Of a DNA stretch of 64,000 nucleotides, positions 31,948-46,739 are shown one piece after another. The translations under genes were made by a program, and so were the position numbers. Positions within the stretch are counted from its first letter, which is position 1, and each line of letters opens with the position of its first letter. The stretch is taken from assembly GCA_964016885.1 (NCBI GenBank), contig CAXHJY010000693.1:9295-73294 (forward strand). Reading direction: 5' to 3'. The stretch is from Eledone cirrhosa. Its lineage: Eukaryota. The notes beneath the pieces were generated by a model, which had not been told where the DNA came from, ran no database searches, and saw only the letters and a list, made by a program, of their open reading frames with translations.

Positions 31948-33068
31948 ATATAGACATCTATAATAAAGACATATAGACATCTATAATAAAGACATATAGA
32001 CATCTATAATATAGACATATAAACATCTATAATATAGACATATAGACATCTATAATATAAACATATAGACATCTATAATAAAGACATAAAGACATCTATA
32101 ATATAGACATATAGACATCTATAATAAAGACATATAGACATCTATAATAAAGACATATAGACATCTATAATAAAGACATATAGACATCTATAATAAAGAC
32201 ATATAGACATCTATAATAAAGACATATAGACATCTATAATATAGACATATAGACATCTATAATATAGACATATAGACATCTATAATATAGACATATAGAC
32301 ATCTATAATAAAGACATATAGACATCTATAATATAGACATATACACATCTATTATAGACATATAGACATCTATAATATAGACATATAGACATCTATAATA
32401 TAGACATCTAGACATCTATAATAAAGACATATAGACATCTATAATATAGATATATAGACATCTATAATATAGACATATAGACATCTATAATAAAGACATA
32501 TAGACATCTATAATAAAGACATATAGACATCTATAATATAGACATATAGACATCTATAATATAGACATATAGACATCTATAATAAAGACATATAGACATC
32601 TATAATAAAGACATATAGACATCTATAATATAGACATATACACATCTATTATAGACATATAGACATCTATAATATAGACATATAGACATCTATAATATAG
32701 ACATCTAGACATCTATAATAAAGACATATAGACATCTATAATATAGATATATAGACATCTATAATAAAGACATATAGACATCTATAATAAAGACATATAG
32801 ACATCTATAATAAAGACATATAGACATCTATAATAAAGACATATAGACATCTATAATAAAGATATATAGACATCTATAATAAAGATATATAGACATCTAT
32901 AATAAAGACATATAGACATCTATAATAAAGACATATAGACATCTATAATAAAGACATATAGACATCTATAATATAGACATATAGACATCTATAATAAAGA
33001 CATATAGACATCTATAATATAGACATATAGAAATCTATAATATAGACATCTATAATAAAGACATCTAT
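31948..33068. repeat. 23-bp minisatellite, about 48 copies
   Basis: Unit agacatatagacatctataata(a/t). Confidence 0.97.
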
Positions 33069-33654
33069 GAGACTGTGTAGATTCTACACAATCTCATAGA
33101 TGTTTTTATTCTTATTGGCAAAATCACATTTTTTTACATCTATGTTACTAATGATAAACTAACATCATCACCATCATTGTTTAATGTCCACTTTCTCTGC
33201 TAGTAAGGTTTGGATGTCTCATCACAGACTAATGGTGGGGGGTGCTGAGGGTGGGGGGCACTGAGGGTGGGGGCGCTAAGAGTATTACGTGGCCGTAAGG
33301 AGGGATGTGGCCCCAAAAGTTTGAGAACCTCTGGTCTAAAGTCTGTCTGGAACCCAGAGACTCATTAGACCGGGAGTTATCCAGGTTTTTCTGGTGTAAA
33401 GCGACTGAGAATACAAGACACCCCAGTGGACAGGACGCCAGTGAAATGTAATAAAATGTTTTGTTCAAGAACCCGAATCAGAGCCCAGTACAAGAATCGA
33501 ACCGACGACAATCTGATCGTACGTCCAACACCTTTACCACTAGACCATGGATAGATTTATCGTAGATAACGTTCTCGGTTGTATTTGTGTCTCATGTTAA
33601 CCGGGAGTAAATTTGAGGAAACAGAGAATAATTTCCAACTGCTTATTCGCTCGA

Positions 33655-33900
33655 CAAGATACCAGACCTCATTCGCTTGCCGAGTGGGGTAGACCTCGTC
33701 AAATCGGACCGAGGAAACAATGTTTCTATTGGTCTTTCCGTTGCTGATTCTATCTACCGGTCACAACTCCTGGCCGAAGGAGCAACGTGAAATAAAGTGT
33801 TTTGCTCAAGGACACAACACATCACCCATTCCGAAAATTGAACTCGTAACCTCACGATTTCGAATCCAACTCTCTAACCACTAAGCCATGCGCCTTCATA
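33655..33900 (-). mobile_element. tRNA-derived SINE (family B-like)
   Basis: Reverse-strand tRNA head ending ctaagccatgcgccttca. Confidence 0.8.
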
Positions 33901-34576
33901 AGCTGTTTATTAATAAATAGTTTTGTTTTATTCATGAAAAATGGTAAACATTTATTTATAATGTAATGACATTAATAAAAAATATGGTTAAGAAATCGTA
34001 GCCTGTCCTGTATATGTTCCATAGTCCTGACTATATAGTCAATATAGCGAGGGAGAGGTGCTGTAATAAACAGGTACACCTCGTTTCTATCCTCATCCCG
34101 ATTGAAGTGGGTTGAAGGTAATTCCGGTGACCCAAGGCGCTAGATGTTTCTATTGGGTTTGACAAGAAATCTATTTAAAAGCATTAGGTCTTTTTTTTCA
34201 TCAACTGATGATCTTCTGTCCGTTGGGTGATGAATCCCCGGCCCTGACGCTTATTTTACCAGATCGTCGCTGGAGTATTATTGATGTAGATCATGCTCTA
34301 GATTAGGGTGACTATCTCATCGAAACGGGAGTATTGTGATGCCGTCCAAGCCTTTTACTATGAGCAGGGAGCCATTACTCTCTCGACACGTTCAATGGTA
34401 TCGTTAATAGCAGCATGTTAAGGGAGTTGGTCAGAGCTGAGACAGCATGATAATGAGTGGAGCCCCCAAATGTCTACCGTAAACCCGCAGGGGCATTTAT
34501 GAGGCTCACAGATTCGGGGACCCTAAATTACACTAGTATATGTTATATGACACTTTATTATTGCTTAATGAAAGGG

Positions 34577-35200
34577 AGGTGGATTGACAGACTTGGTAGA
34601 GCGTCGGACAACATGCTTCGCGGCATAGAGTTACATCCCTTTAGGTTCCGAGTTCAAATTCCGATGAGGTTAGCTTTGCCTTTCATCCTTAAAGGGTTGA
34701 TAAAATAAAGTACCAGTAATGTACTGGGGTCGATTTAATCGACTTTCCCCTCCTCAAAAATTGTTGGCCCTGTAGAAACAATTATTTCTTAGTGAACTAG
34801 ATTAGTAAGAACTAAATGTCGGTTCACTTGATCTCCCCACATTAATACTAGTGGGCATACAGCCAGTAGGCTTGCCCGTTGATATCAATAATTGTTTCTA
34901 CTTTTGGCACAAGGCCAGCAATTATCTCAGTGCATTACTGGTATTTTACTTTATCGACCCCGTAAGGATGAAACGCAAAGTTAACCTCGTCGGGATTTGA
35001 ACTCAGAACGTAAGAGTTTCTACTTTTGGCACAAGGCCAGCGATTACCCCAGTGCATCACTGGTACCTTATTTTATCGACCTCGTAATGATGAAAGGCAA
35101 AGTTAACCTCGGCGGATGTGAACTCAGAACCCAAAGGGCCATAACTATGCTGCAAAGCATGGTGTCTGACGCTCTACCGATTACTGCCAAACCACCGCCC
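34577..35200. mobile_element. Cluster of three SINE family A copies (34577-34785 +, 34888-35010 -, 35015-35200 -)
   Basis: Consensus matches. Confidence 0.85.
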
Positions 35201-36237
35201 GTTAATATCATTAATATGGATTTAGGAATCTTTGCTCAAATGGAAAAAAATGTATTTGATATTGCAGATATATAATTTAGTGTCGAATGTTCGGTATCTG
35301 ATCGATAAATTCCTGCAGAATGTTGCATCTAATTAGTTTTAGCTTAAATCTGTTAAGGTAATTGGTTTTACTGTTAATCATACGTTAAAATTAATCAACT
35401 TAATTGTCCACATACAAGACAAATTTGAACAATGGCTGATCTCTCGCTAAACACATTTTTATTTCATCTCATGGCACTCCGTCGGTTACGACGACGAGTG
35501 TTCCAATTGATATGATCAACGGAACAGCTGGCTCGTAAAATTAACGTGCAAGTGGCTTAGCAGTCCACGCACACGCGTACCTTTAACGTAGTTCTCAGGA
35601 AGATTCAGTGCTAGACTATTAAACTATTTTCTAATAAAAAATATAAAAAGATATTCAAGCTTTTGGAATTACTAGTATATATGGTAACAATTTATCTGAG
35701 CGTCAATTGACTGACAAATAACAAAAGTGTCTTAAGAAACATGCATATATGTATATACGTTAGTGTGATATCATCTTCTTCCAACTGCCAATTGTCATAT
35801 CACATATAAAGTGTCTTAAGATACATGCATACATGTATATACGCTAGTGTGCTATCTTCTTCCAAGTGCCATTTGTCATATCATTAAGGTGGCTACATGG
35901 CAGCATTTAAAGACAGTAAATCTTAGTAATATGACAGCACTGGTCTCTAAAATTAAAGAGAATGTGTGTATATAGAGGGTATATATCGATTATATTTTCT
36001 CTCTAAAAGTTGTTCACAAAACAAAGCATGTACTCTGTAGAAAACTACTCTTAAGTATTTTATTCTAAAAACTTTCATATATGTTCATGAACATTGATAA
36101 CAAGTTTAAAGTAATATATTTCAACGATATCATGTTTCTTTTTTTAAAACATTCGTTCCCTCTCTAATGATACAACACCGGTTTCTTTCTTTTAATTTTT
36201 ATCATCTATTTATTTACTATGTTAAACATTTAAACAT

Positions 36238-36238
36238 G

Positions 36239-36335
<97 letters not shown>

Positions 36336-36375
36336 AATTAAATTAAATTAAACTAAATTAAATTAAATTAAATTA
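36238..36375. repeat. (CA)n followed by (AAATT)n
   Basis: Directly visible. Confidence 0.97.
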
Positions 36376-36551
36376 ATCGCACCTCGAGCTGTTCGGCAGA
36401 GAAACAATTGTAATATGTAATAAATTGTGTTCCGATGCATCACTGATTCTTCGTTTTCCTTATTATTATACTCTGCTCCGAGGGAGCACAGAGTGCTCAA
36501 CCGGCATACCGCCTATGGACGCATCCAAACAACCATACTACAAATATATAT

Positions 36552-37340
36552 ACTAGACCTGAAAAATGTGCAAACTCAAAAGAGCCACAGAATGTTATAA
36601 TAAACCTTCAAAAGTGTGGGACTAGAGTTGTTGCTCAAAAATATTGTAATCATTATCTATCGTACACTCTGTGGCATCCTTTTATAAAAAAGAAACTCAT
36701 AACGAACTCAAGACGACACGATAATTATTTAAGCTAATGTTCAATATCTCATATTAGTAATGATTAATACGAAATGCACTTAAAACGAATTCTATATTAT
36801 AAATTCACTTAAATAATTATCGTGTCGTCTTGAGTTCGTTATGAGTCTCTTTTTTATAAAAGGATGCCACAGAGTGTACGATAGATAATTGTTTCTACTT
36901 TTGGCACAAGACCATGAATTATCCAGTACTTTATTTTATCGACCCCGTAAGGATGAAAGGCAAAGTTAACTTCGGCGGGATTTGAACTCAGACCGTAAAG
37001 GGACGTAACTATGCTGGAAAGCATGGCGTCCGACCCTCTACCGATACTGCCAATTCACCGAGTGTACGATAGATAATGATTACAATATTTTTGAACAACA
37101 ACTCTAGTCCCACACTTTTGAAAGTTTATTATAACATTCTGTGGCTCTTTTGAGCTTGCGCATTTTTCAGGTCTAGTTTAATATTTTTTTAAGGCAACGC
37201 TTGTAATAGCTCTAGTTAAACATGATATATATTAATAATAAATTATCCTTGTAATGTAATTAGATTATATAATTGTTATTTTATAAATGATCTTATAAAT
37301 ATTATTGTAAGGTGTATAGACATATTTTCAGACTTTTAAT
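36552..37340. repeat. Foldback repeat (arms 36552-36733 and 36807-37178) with a SINE A inserted in the right arm
   Basis: The arms are reverse complements. The SINE at 36890-37059 is flanked by the 18-bp TSD gagtgtacgatagataat. A second copy lies at 50960-52075. Confidence 0.85.
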
Positions 37341-37692
37341 AGTTAATATAAATTTAAAAAATCATATATAAATTAACAATATAACTTACCAAAACGAGAA
37401 AAATATTTTGATGATAAACGACGAAATATTGGAGGATAAATAAATGTGGTAACAAAGTGGCGGATGCTTTTGAGCAACAATTACTCTCTCCATGGTTGAT
37501 TAGCCAATAAGACGATGAAATTAACCAATAAGACGATACATTACAAAAGATATTTGGGAGGCATCACCACGGCCAGCGATACCCCCTGATTTTTTTTATT
37601 CACAAGCTACGCATATATGTCAGACACACAGACTTAAAACATTCTGTTGTTAGTCACTGTGTGTCTAACAGATATATATATATATATATAAC

Positions 37693-37733
<41 letters not shown>

Positions 37734-38324
37734 ATAAACAAATTAGTCGTAAAATGAAAGGTCAATATAGGATTCAGTCGGAGCCTTACTAGTGAGGTGG
37801 TAGTATGGTAGGAGAGATATATTACTGTTAAAGAATTACACAGGTTTGCCTCTGTCAACAGGTGTTTGCTAGAGACATAATCCTGCTGAATCATCTGGTT
37901 TTCAATCTCTCGTCTCCATATAGTGAATAAAATCATTTGTTTGCTCTTGACTTTCTCAGTTCCAAGTAGCTTTCCTTGTAACATAACTTGGATACAGGAC
38001 TGCAAGTTAAAGAAACACTGAACAATTTTACAGTGGTCCCGCTACTGCTTTACAAGGAGCGCTACTTTGATAATTCTGGGCTGAGTTATGTCTCCTGATC
38101 ATAGATAAAATAAAATGAAGGGGACAGTTTAGGAACCATTAGTTGCTTGATAACCTATAGAAAGGTTATGAGCTGCTCAATATTGCCAGCAGCCAATTTA
38201 AGAAATTATTTCTATCTAAATTTGTTTGTGTTGTGTATTAGGTATTTATATAAAATAAATGTCTTGAATTTCTTTTTAGATATATTTAATTCTTATTTAT
38301 TTATTTCATTTTTTTTTTTTGCAG

Positions 38325-38401
38325 TACCTAAAAGCAAACCAGCCAAGCCCTTTAGAATGTTTCATCCTTCCAACTTAAACCATCCAATTTCAAGGGGATG
38401 A
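38325..38401 (+). CDS. Putative terminal coding exon of the gene whose previous exon is 29212-29489
   Basis: Strong acceptor (T)13GCAG at 38324. The phase-1 join gives ..NIG-V-PKSKPAKPFRMFHPSNLNHPISRG*. AATAAA at 38552. Confidence 0.45.
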
Positions 38402-38907
38402 AAACATCATTCGGGAATATTTTTAAAGCGACGTTGAAAAAAAAACAAAGAATGAAAGAAATACCATATACAATGGCTGATGAAGTGATGCAGAAACTAT
38501 CAACTGACATTTGGAGTTTGCTATGAAAGCTGAAAAAAGATGTAACTAAACAATAAATAAGACAATGATATTCCAGAGTGAGTTTCTAAAGTCGCTATAC
38601 AGATCAGGTGTAGATATTTTATCTGCCAAAGACCGCGAGATAGCAATATTTACTGTAATCTACAGAAATAGAAAATAACGTTAGGAATAGCAGAAGAAAG
38701 TGTGGTCGAAAACAGGGCCCGCTGTTATCCTTCTTTTTGACATAACCATTTATATATATTATATATATTATATATACTATAATATATATTATATATTATA
38801 TATACTATAATATATATTATATATATTATAATGTATATTATATCATATATATATATATTATATCATATATATATATATTATATCATATATATATATATTA
38901 TATATAC

Positions 38908-38953
<46 letters not shown>

Positions 38954-39057
38954 TATATATACATATTATATATATATATATATATTATATATATATATAT
39001 AATATATATATGTCCCAACACTATAAACACAGAGCTGGCATATCTAAGAACTGACTA

Positions 39058-39113
39058 ACTGCCTGATGAGGTCATAGCCATTCAATGGCTATCATCGAAA
39101 TATATATAGCAGT
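39058..39113 (+). ncRNA. Minimal type I hammerhead ribozyme in a short PLE-type terminal fragment within (TA)n
   Basis: ACTGC CTGATGA GGTcATAGCCAttcaaTGGCTATcATC GAAA TATATA TA GCAGT, followed by AATAAA. Confidence 0.88.
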
Positions 39114-39158
39114 AAATAAAGGATTATGAGTTCATGCAATTGACTTATGTTTCGTCAG

Positions 39159-39189
<31 letters not shown>

Positions 39190-39802
39190 TGTATATATGT
39201 ATACAAACATATATATTGTAGTACAAACTTGATATAAATTTGCAAGTGTTTAGAGCACTGAGTTGGTGGGACGAGTTATGTATAATCAGTGACAACAGTA
39301 GCATAGGTAGATATTTAAGTTTCGTTGAGTTTGACACCATTTTATTCCGTTTGCCATATTGTAATGCAGTTACTTCATCAAGATATGGCAGGCTGAATGA
39401 ATTGGCGTTAAACCCAGCGAAACTTAAGTATTTACATATAGATACATAAATATATGTACATATGTGGAACAGTTTCTGTCATGATATAGGCTTTCATCAA
39501 AACAAATCATTGAGATAGAATGAATGTAGATTATTTAAGTAAGAATTTATGCAATTCAGTTTCTATCGAGATGTTTGCTGGACATCTTGGTTTATGTTTG
39601 AATGTTCCATCAACTTCATATAATTTTACTATAAGAATTATATTTACTTCGTTTACATCATTTCCTTTCTGTTGTGATTTAGTATCGCGATTGGGACATG
39701 TTCTACTTTATTTTTACAACACTATATCTAGAGTGGATGACAACGTGTTCATTGCGTAACAATAATTTACAACAAAAATTTATGACATTTCTAGCGTCAT
39801 TA

Positions 39803-41672
39803 AGGCGACGAATTGGCAGTGGTTAGAACGTCAGATAGAATGGCAGAGTGGTTAGAACGTCAGATAGAATGTTGTAGCCTTCTGTGCTCTGAGTTCAAAT
39901 CCTGTTGAGGTTAACTTTGCCTTTCATCCTTTCAAAGTCGATAAAATAAAGTAGCAACCTAGTACTGGGGTTGACTCTTTCTCACGTCCTTTCTCTCTTT
40001 CCCTGGACACGTCGTATGTCACTAAATAACTCCTACAACCCCTCCAAGAGTTACCGGTCCACTCCTACATAAGTCTCTACGCTATATGTTTATTGCGATA
40101 CATAAAGTTTATTTATCGCTGTAATGACATTTAAAATTTGATGACATCTCTAGAGTCTTTAACTGCAATGAATTACTCATAGTAAAGTATTCCTCTAAAC
40201 AAAAGGTTCTCAAACGTTTTGGAGCCCCCCCCCCCCCCCTCTCACGGCCTCATAATCCCCTCACCGCATCCAAACCTATTTCCAGAGAGACCAGCCTACA
40301 CGTACATTGTAAATCTTAACTATAATAAAGAAAAGAGTGCGGGATTGCGTCCAGAATATATTTTTTTACCCCGTTTGTAAAATAAGTTGGATTACTTTGA
40401 ATAAATAATGAATGAATATTACATAATTTATGTGCTAAATTTCGTGGCTGTTGATTAAATATATTTTATAGCTTATTTAAAGACCTTTAAAATGTCCAAA
40501 TGTCAACACTTCCGGCCGTTATATTATAACACTTATAAAAATATCGCATATATTTCCGTCGCTAACTTTTTCCTAATGCAGTTTATATATAATTGTTTCT
40601 ACTTTTGGCACAAGGCCAGCAATTACCCAGTACATTACTGGTACTTTATTTTATCGACCCCTTAAGTACCCACTTTAAGAACCTCTGTTCTAAACAATAT
40701 CAAAGGATTACTAATACTGGCCAAAGAAATGTCTAGATGAAATGAATTATCACTTAACACCGCAGTACTCTACTAAAGACTTAATGATCTAATTTGGCAC
40801 AGGGTCAGCAATTTTAGGGGAATTGACAATTGATTGTATTTACGTCAGTAATTAAATGGGGCCTTAATTTATTGACCTCAGAAGGATGAAAGGGAAAGTT
40901 GACGTCGGTGGGAATTGAACTCACGACCTAAAGAGCCCGAACAAATACCGCTAAGCACTTGTACGACGCTCTATCAACTCTGCCAAATAATGGTATTTCA
41001 ATTCAGAAACTAAAGAGCAAGTGCGATTTACCGAACGTGTGTGTGTGTGTGTGAAAGAGAGAGAGAGAATGTGTGTGTGTGTGTGAAAAAGAGAGAGAGA
41101 GTCTGTGTGTGTGTGTGTGTGTGTGTGCGTGAAACACTTGCTAGCAGCAGTCATAATTATTCACCCCTACACAGCGAGCCTCTAGACATATAAAAGAGTC
41201 AACTATTGGCAGAGTTGTTAGAACTTCGGATAAAATACTTTGCAACATTCGTTCCATCGCTCTGAGTTCAAATCCCACCGAGGTCAACTTTGCTTACTGG
41301 CAGATAAATACCTATTTATACATTAATGATCTCTAGCGATCGAAAGCAGCGCGATCACTATCGATTAATATGCCGTCACCATAAAGATTTAAGACTTTTG
41401 TGGTTAATTCTAATAAATAACATTTATAAAAAATAAAAATGAAAAATACATTAATTTCTGATCTAGGCACAAGGCCATCAATTTTTTGGGAGAGGAAAGT
41501 CGATTAAATCTGCCCCACTGCATTACTGGTACTCTATTTTATCGACCTCGGATGAAAGGATGAAAGACAAATCTACCCTCGGCAGGATTTGAACTCAGAT
41601 CATAAAGGGGTGTAACTCTATGCCACAAAGCATGTTGTCCGACGGTCTACCGATTACTGCTAATCCACCTCC
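39803..41672. mobile_element. Several SINE family A copies (39803-39975 +, 40590-40660 -, 40795-40985 -, 41205-41300 +, 41465-41672 -) and a hAT-like MITE remnant (~40197-40692)
   Basis: Consensus matches. MITE ends aggttctcaaac / ttaagaacctctg. Confidence 0.75.
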
Positions 41673-41861
41673 GAAAGCTCGCGCATATTAAAACAAACCG
41701 GTTTATTTTATTTGACGTTAAAATTCCATAATCATCTTCCTCATTAAAACCGCTTTAAATTATCTCCCCTCCCAAACTGACAATCTCCAACTACTTGAAA
41801 GCTATTACTTGAAAGTATGCAGCTGTGTTCATCGATTTTATTGGTACATACACACACACAC

Positions 41862-41902
<41 letters not shown>

Positions 41903-42125
41903 CGCACATACACATATATATATACACTCAAATACATATATAAATATATACACACATAAATATATATATACAAACATATATACAAGTATGTATGTGTATA
42001 TATATATATATATATAATATGAGATCAATATCCCCACAGGTACTAAGTACCCTCGGAAATATATAGGGTGTCTATGATACAGTTGTTGTTCAATGGTATT
42101 AATTTGACATACCAGAACTATAAAA

Positions 42126-42544
42126 TTGATATAAGCGGAACAAGTAAAATTCAAACAATCTTTCAAAATAAATTCAAAAAATATAATTTAAATATTTACC
42201 TATCCATATTGTTTTTACCGACGGTTTCGCCTCACAAAAGATTGGAAATCCGGGGGACTTCCAATGGAAAGTTCGGGTGAACCCGCTTCTACTAACGACC
42301 AGTTCACGTGTAGGTCACGTTTACGGCCCCATTCGATCCTGCACTAGCTGGCTGAAGGCAATATATTTGCCGGCTGTGGGACTTTATGTCCTATGTAAGG
42401 GAAAATGCTTTCTGAAGAGCCGAATTCCAATCTGTTGTGAGGCGAAACCGTTGGTAAAAGCAATATGGATAGGTAAATATTTAAATTATATTTTTTGAAT
42501 TTATTTTAAAAGATTGTTTGAATTTTACTTGTTCCGCTTATCTC

Positions 42545-42546
<2 letters not shown>
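42126..42546 (+). mobile_element. PLE-type remnant with ~125-bp inverted terminal copy and intact HHR
   Basis: 42126-42252 is the reverse complement of 42420-42546. Confidence 0.8.
42406..42462 (+). ncRNA. Type I hammerhead ribozyme
   Basis: TGCTTT CTGAAGA GCC..GGC GAAA CC gtt GG TA AAAGCA; cleavage triplet GUA. Confidence 0.88.
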
Positions 42547-42588
<42 letters not shown>

Positions 42589-42794
42589 ATGTACATATAT
42601 ATAATACATCACTGACAACAGCCATTGTAAAGCAGCTTCTCCAATCTATTGTCCACATTATTTCATCCATCACAAACAAGATATCATACATTATTTAGAT
42701 GTTAAAAATACAAATCCTTCTATTTTTGTAATAAAACATTAAAATCTTCATCACGTTTCAGCGTTTTCTTCTAAAATATTATATACTGTATGTA

Positions 42795-43183
42795 CAGTGG
42801 AATCCTCGGTTCATGAACGCCTCTCATCACGAATGAATCGGTTCACGGACAATTTTTCTGAACATAAAGCATCTCGGTTCACGAACAATCTTTCTGAATA
42901 TAAAACATCTCGGTTCACGAATGTTGTCTCAAGCTGGCAACAAAGGTTGGCAACAATCTTGGAGTATCGGTGAGAAAGAGTCCCTTGCTGTGGAGTTAGT
43001 TACTATGGCGATATCTATGTGTCTTTCACACAGTCTCTCTCTCACCACTTCACCCTCTATCTCTCACTGTATTTCTCTCTCTCTCTCAACATTTAGTATT
43101 GGAAAAATAGATTTAGTTTGCGAACATTTCGGATGACGAACGGCCTTGAGAATGAATTAAGTTCGTGAACTGAGGTTGCACTA
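42795..43183. mobile_element. Tc1/mariner (Tigger-like) MITE
   Basis: TA-CAGTGGAATCCTCGGTTCATGAAC ... GTTCGTGAACTGAGGTTGCACTA-TA, with internal tcggttcacgaa repeats. Confidence 0.8.
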
Positions 43184-43829
43184 TATTCGGTTTCTGTTAA
43201 AATAATAGTAGAACTTGGATGAGAGAAACAAACTCGTTCCAGATAAAATATTTTGTTGTCATTCACTTACGTCTGTTTGTATAGAGTCTGAGTTGGAATA
43301 TTTTCCATTTAGATATTAATGGATGCACCTAGGCAAGGTTCCGTAACTCGTGAGGGAGTCATAGGGGCGCTGTATTGACACGTGACCTTTCTAGGGTATT
43401 TCTTTACCTTGCGGAGCCCATCTCCACCCCGGAAGGTATAAATTAAAAAGAAATGAAATGATCCGAATCTCATCCCAGACCTCATTCGATTACTGAACCC
43501 TAGGTGTCAGTTACCTCAAGGTTCCATCTGATAACATTCAAAGGACATATTGAAATATCTGTTTGAATTTGTGGGGTCCACTTCTGACAGCAGCCACTGG
43601 AAGGAGTATTTAAGAATTTGTCCCCTCCCCATGACTCTCCCAGCAATAAGTGAGTGAAGAAGAAGAAGGTTTCACTCCTGTGGGGGTCCATCTCCATCCT
43701 GATAGCAGGGAGTAAGGAAGTATTATTTCCCAGGTATAAAACATCTACAACTACATTAACTAATCCTTAGATAGGTTTAAATACTTGATATGTATCTTCG
43801 AGTAAACTAGAAATCTGAAACCTCATCAT

Positions 43830-46295
43830 TCAACGGCCTAATGGTAAGGGTATTAATTTTACGGTCGCGGGGATCGTGGATACGATCCCCACATCGGACA
43901 ACGTTTTATGTCCTTGAGCAAGGTCCTCGATTTCACGTTGCTTCGGTCAACTCAGATGAAAAATAAATACCAGTAATAGCTAGGGGTGGTGTTCTCACCA
44001 ATGGGGAATATTGTGCTCTCAGTCGTTTAAAGTCATATAAAACTGAGATATACTTCAGTCACATAACTGTGGATGTAGTCTAGTGGTAAGGGTGTTGGAC
44101 TAGCGATCATAAGGTCGTGGGTTCTACTCCTGGACTGTGTGTTGCATTCCTGAGCAAAACCCTTTACTTCCCGTTGCTCCAATATACTCAGCTGAGTGTG
44201 AGTATCAGTAACAGCTGGAAGTTTAACACTCTGGTAGACTGACGTCCGATCCAGGGGGAAATTATGCATTTTCAGCCACTTCACACCACGGAAACCGGGA
44301 TAAGTACCAGCCTGATGAGCCCCCCCCCCCCCTGAATGATGACGAATGATCTGAGGACCATTTGGCTGTTATTTCTAGCAAATTAAATTGCCACGAATAG
44401 ACTCCTTTTTTGGCATGTGATTAACCTTACAGCTGTTGTTATTTAACCCCAGGTCAGATTTTATTGACCATATCTATTATCACAGACACCCCTGTGTTAC
44501 CTCGTCCCCCCTTTAACAATGTATAGAGTACCAAGGACTAAATTATTCTATATACTTTTCTGTGACTATGGTTTGTTATCTGAGGAATATTTAACTGTTA
44601 TTTCTAGCGTTATAAACGACCACCTAGAGGCTTTATCATTAACTCACCAGTATTATTGTTACGGCCCTTGCCATTCTGAGTACAAATCCTGCCGAGGTTA
44701 ACTTTGCCTTTCATCCTTACGGGGTCGATAAAATAAAGTACCAGTCATACACTGGGTAATTTCTGGCCTTGTGCCAAACGTAGAAACAATTATTGTTGCT
44801 ACTGCTGTTTAACCTCAGGTCAGCTATGATTGAGTCTACTTATTATCAATGACGTTCCAACCGTGACTATTCCGTATTTTTCTTACGTGCATCTAAAGTA
44901 TCTTTCTATAAAACATGGCAATGTGATTTGAAGGAGATTTGACTGTTATTTCTAGCATGTTAAATCATCACGTAGAAGCCACCTCATCATCTCACCAGTG
45001 TTCTTATAGTAGCGAGGGTAGGCTGAAAAGTTCGTAGGCTGATTATGAAGGTGTTATGCTAGAGCTGTGAAATCTTGCATGCATTAATTTCAACTCTTCT
45101 TATTAATAACTGCATTGTTTCTTTCCAGGACTATGTTGAAAAAAGGGGTGCTCTGAGGAGGATGATGGTGTTGATGATGGTGTTGATTATGATGATGATG
45201 ATGCATATATAAGTATAAAAGGTTCGATTGACTTTCGACAAATCAGACCGAGGAAACAATGTTTCCGTTGGTCTTTCCGTTGGTCTTTATTATCTATTGG
45301 TCGCAACTCCAGGTAGAAGGAGCAACGTGAAATAAAGTGTCTTGCTCAAGGACATAACGCATCGCCTGGGAATCGAACTCACAACCTCAAGATTGTGAAT
45401 CCAATCCGCCACACGCTTTCACATAAGAACTGGTTAGCAGAGCGTAGTTATATAAGTATAGAGTTGTGTATTTCACTCACAAGGTTTAGATTGACTCGAG
45501 GGCGTAGAAAAGAGACTTACCCAAGATGTCATTCAGTGAGAATCGAACGCGCCATCTCATGAATGCAAAGTAAACATCTTCGCCACCCAGCCACACTTGT
45601 ATCAATATAGTGATGGAGACTCAATTGACCGTTGTCATTATCTGTGTAAGAATTTTCATCGTGATTAAGTAAGATAACATTATTCGTTTTTGCCCCTTTA
45701 CACTCTGAGTTCAAATCCCGCGGAGGTTAACTTTGCCTTTCATCCTTACGGGGTCGATAAAATAAAGTACCAGTAATGCACTGGGATAATTGCTGGCCTT
45801 GTGCCAAAAGTAGAAACAATTATTCGTTTTTGTCAAACTTTGAATGAAGCCAGTTTGAATGATCACAGATAAGAGAAAACCAAGTTGAATGACTCCAAAC
45901 AAGAAAGGAACAGTTTGAAATGAATACAAACGATACTTAAAACCAGATTCAATAACCACAAACAATACTTTAAACCAGATTCATAACCACAAACTTTAAA
46001 CCTTTCTGAATGTGTGCGTGTGTGTGTGGGTGGGTGGGGTGGGTGGCGTGGTGACAGCTCACACCTATGCAGGTTTAGCTGGCCCCCTCCAAGGTATATC
46101 TCGTTGGAGGTGTCTTGGGTAATTTAATTATAGGGACCCCAGTCTTATCATCTCATTTCTACAGCTGAGTAAACTGGAGCAACGTGAAATAAAGTGACTT
46201 GCTCAAGGAAACAACACATCAGCCGGTCCGAGAATTGAACTCACAACCTTTCGATTGCAAGCCCAATGCTCTAACCACTAAGCCATGCGCCTTCA
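43830..46295. mobile_element. SINE cluster: family B (43830-44030 +, 44070-44320 +, 45230-45420 -, 46051-46295 -) and family A (44655-44795 +, 45690-45825 +)
   Basis: Consensus matches. Confidence 0.8.
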
Positions 46296-46739
46296 CTCTC
46301 TGAAGTGGGCCTCTCTGAATGGCCACAAACAATACTTAAACCTCTCTGAATGGTCACAAACAAGAAAGAATCAGTTTGAATGACCAAAAACAAGCGAGAA
46401 CCAGATTGAGGCAATTCTATTATTTAATGTATTTGGTGTTGCTATGGCAGCAACCAATTGATAGAGTCGTAGGGCATCGGATGAAATGTCTCCCTATATA
46501 TTTCGGGTATGGAACTCTCAGTTCAAAATCCTGCCTTGATTTAGTCGGTTATAATAAGGTTGGTTTTCATCTCTTTTTCTTCTTCTTCTTCTTCTTCTTC
46601 TTCTTCTTCTGAGAAGGAATTAGAAAGATCTCTTTCAGGGTTCCCCATCTGCTTCACACGAACCTTAAAAATCAGGAATACCCCCCCCCCCCCGCGCCCC
46701 ACCCCAGTGTGAACCTGTCTACAGACACCTTGAATTTGT

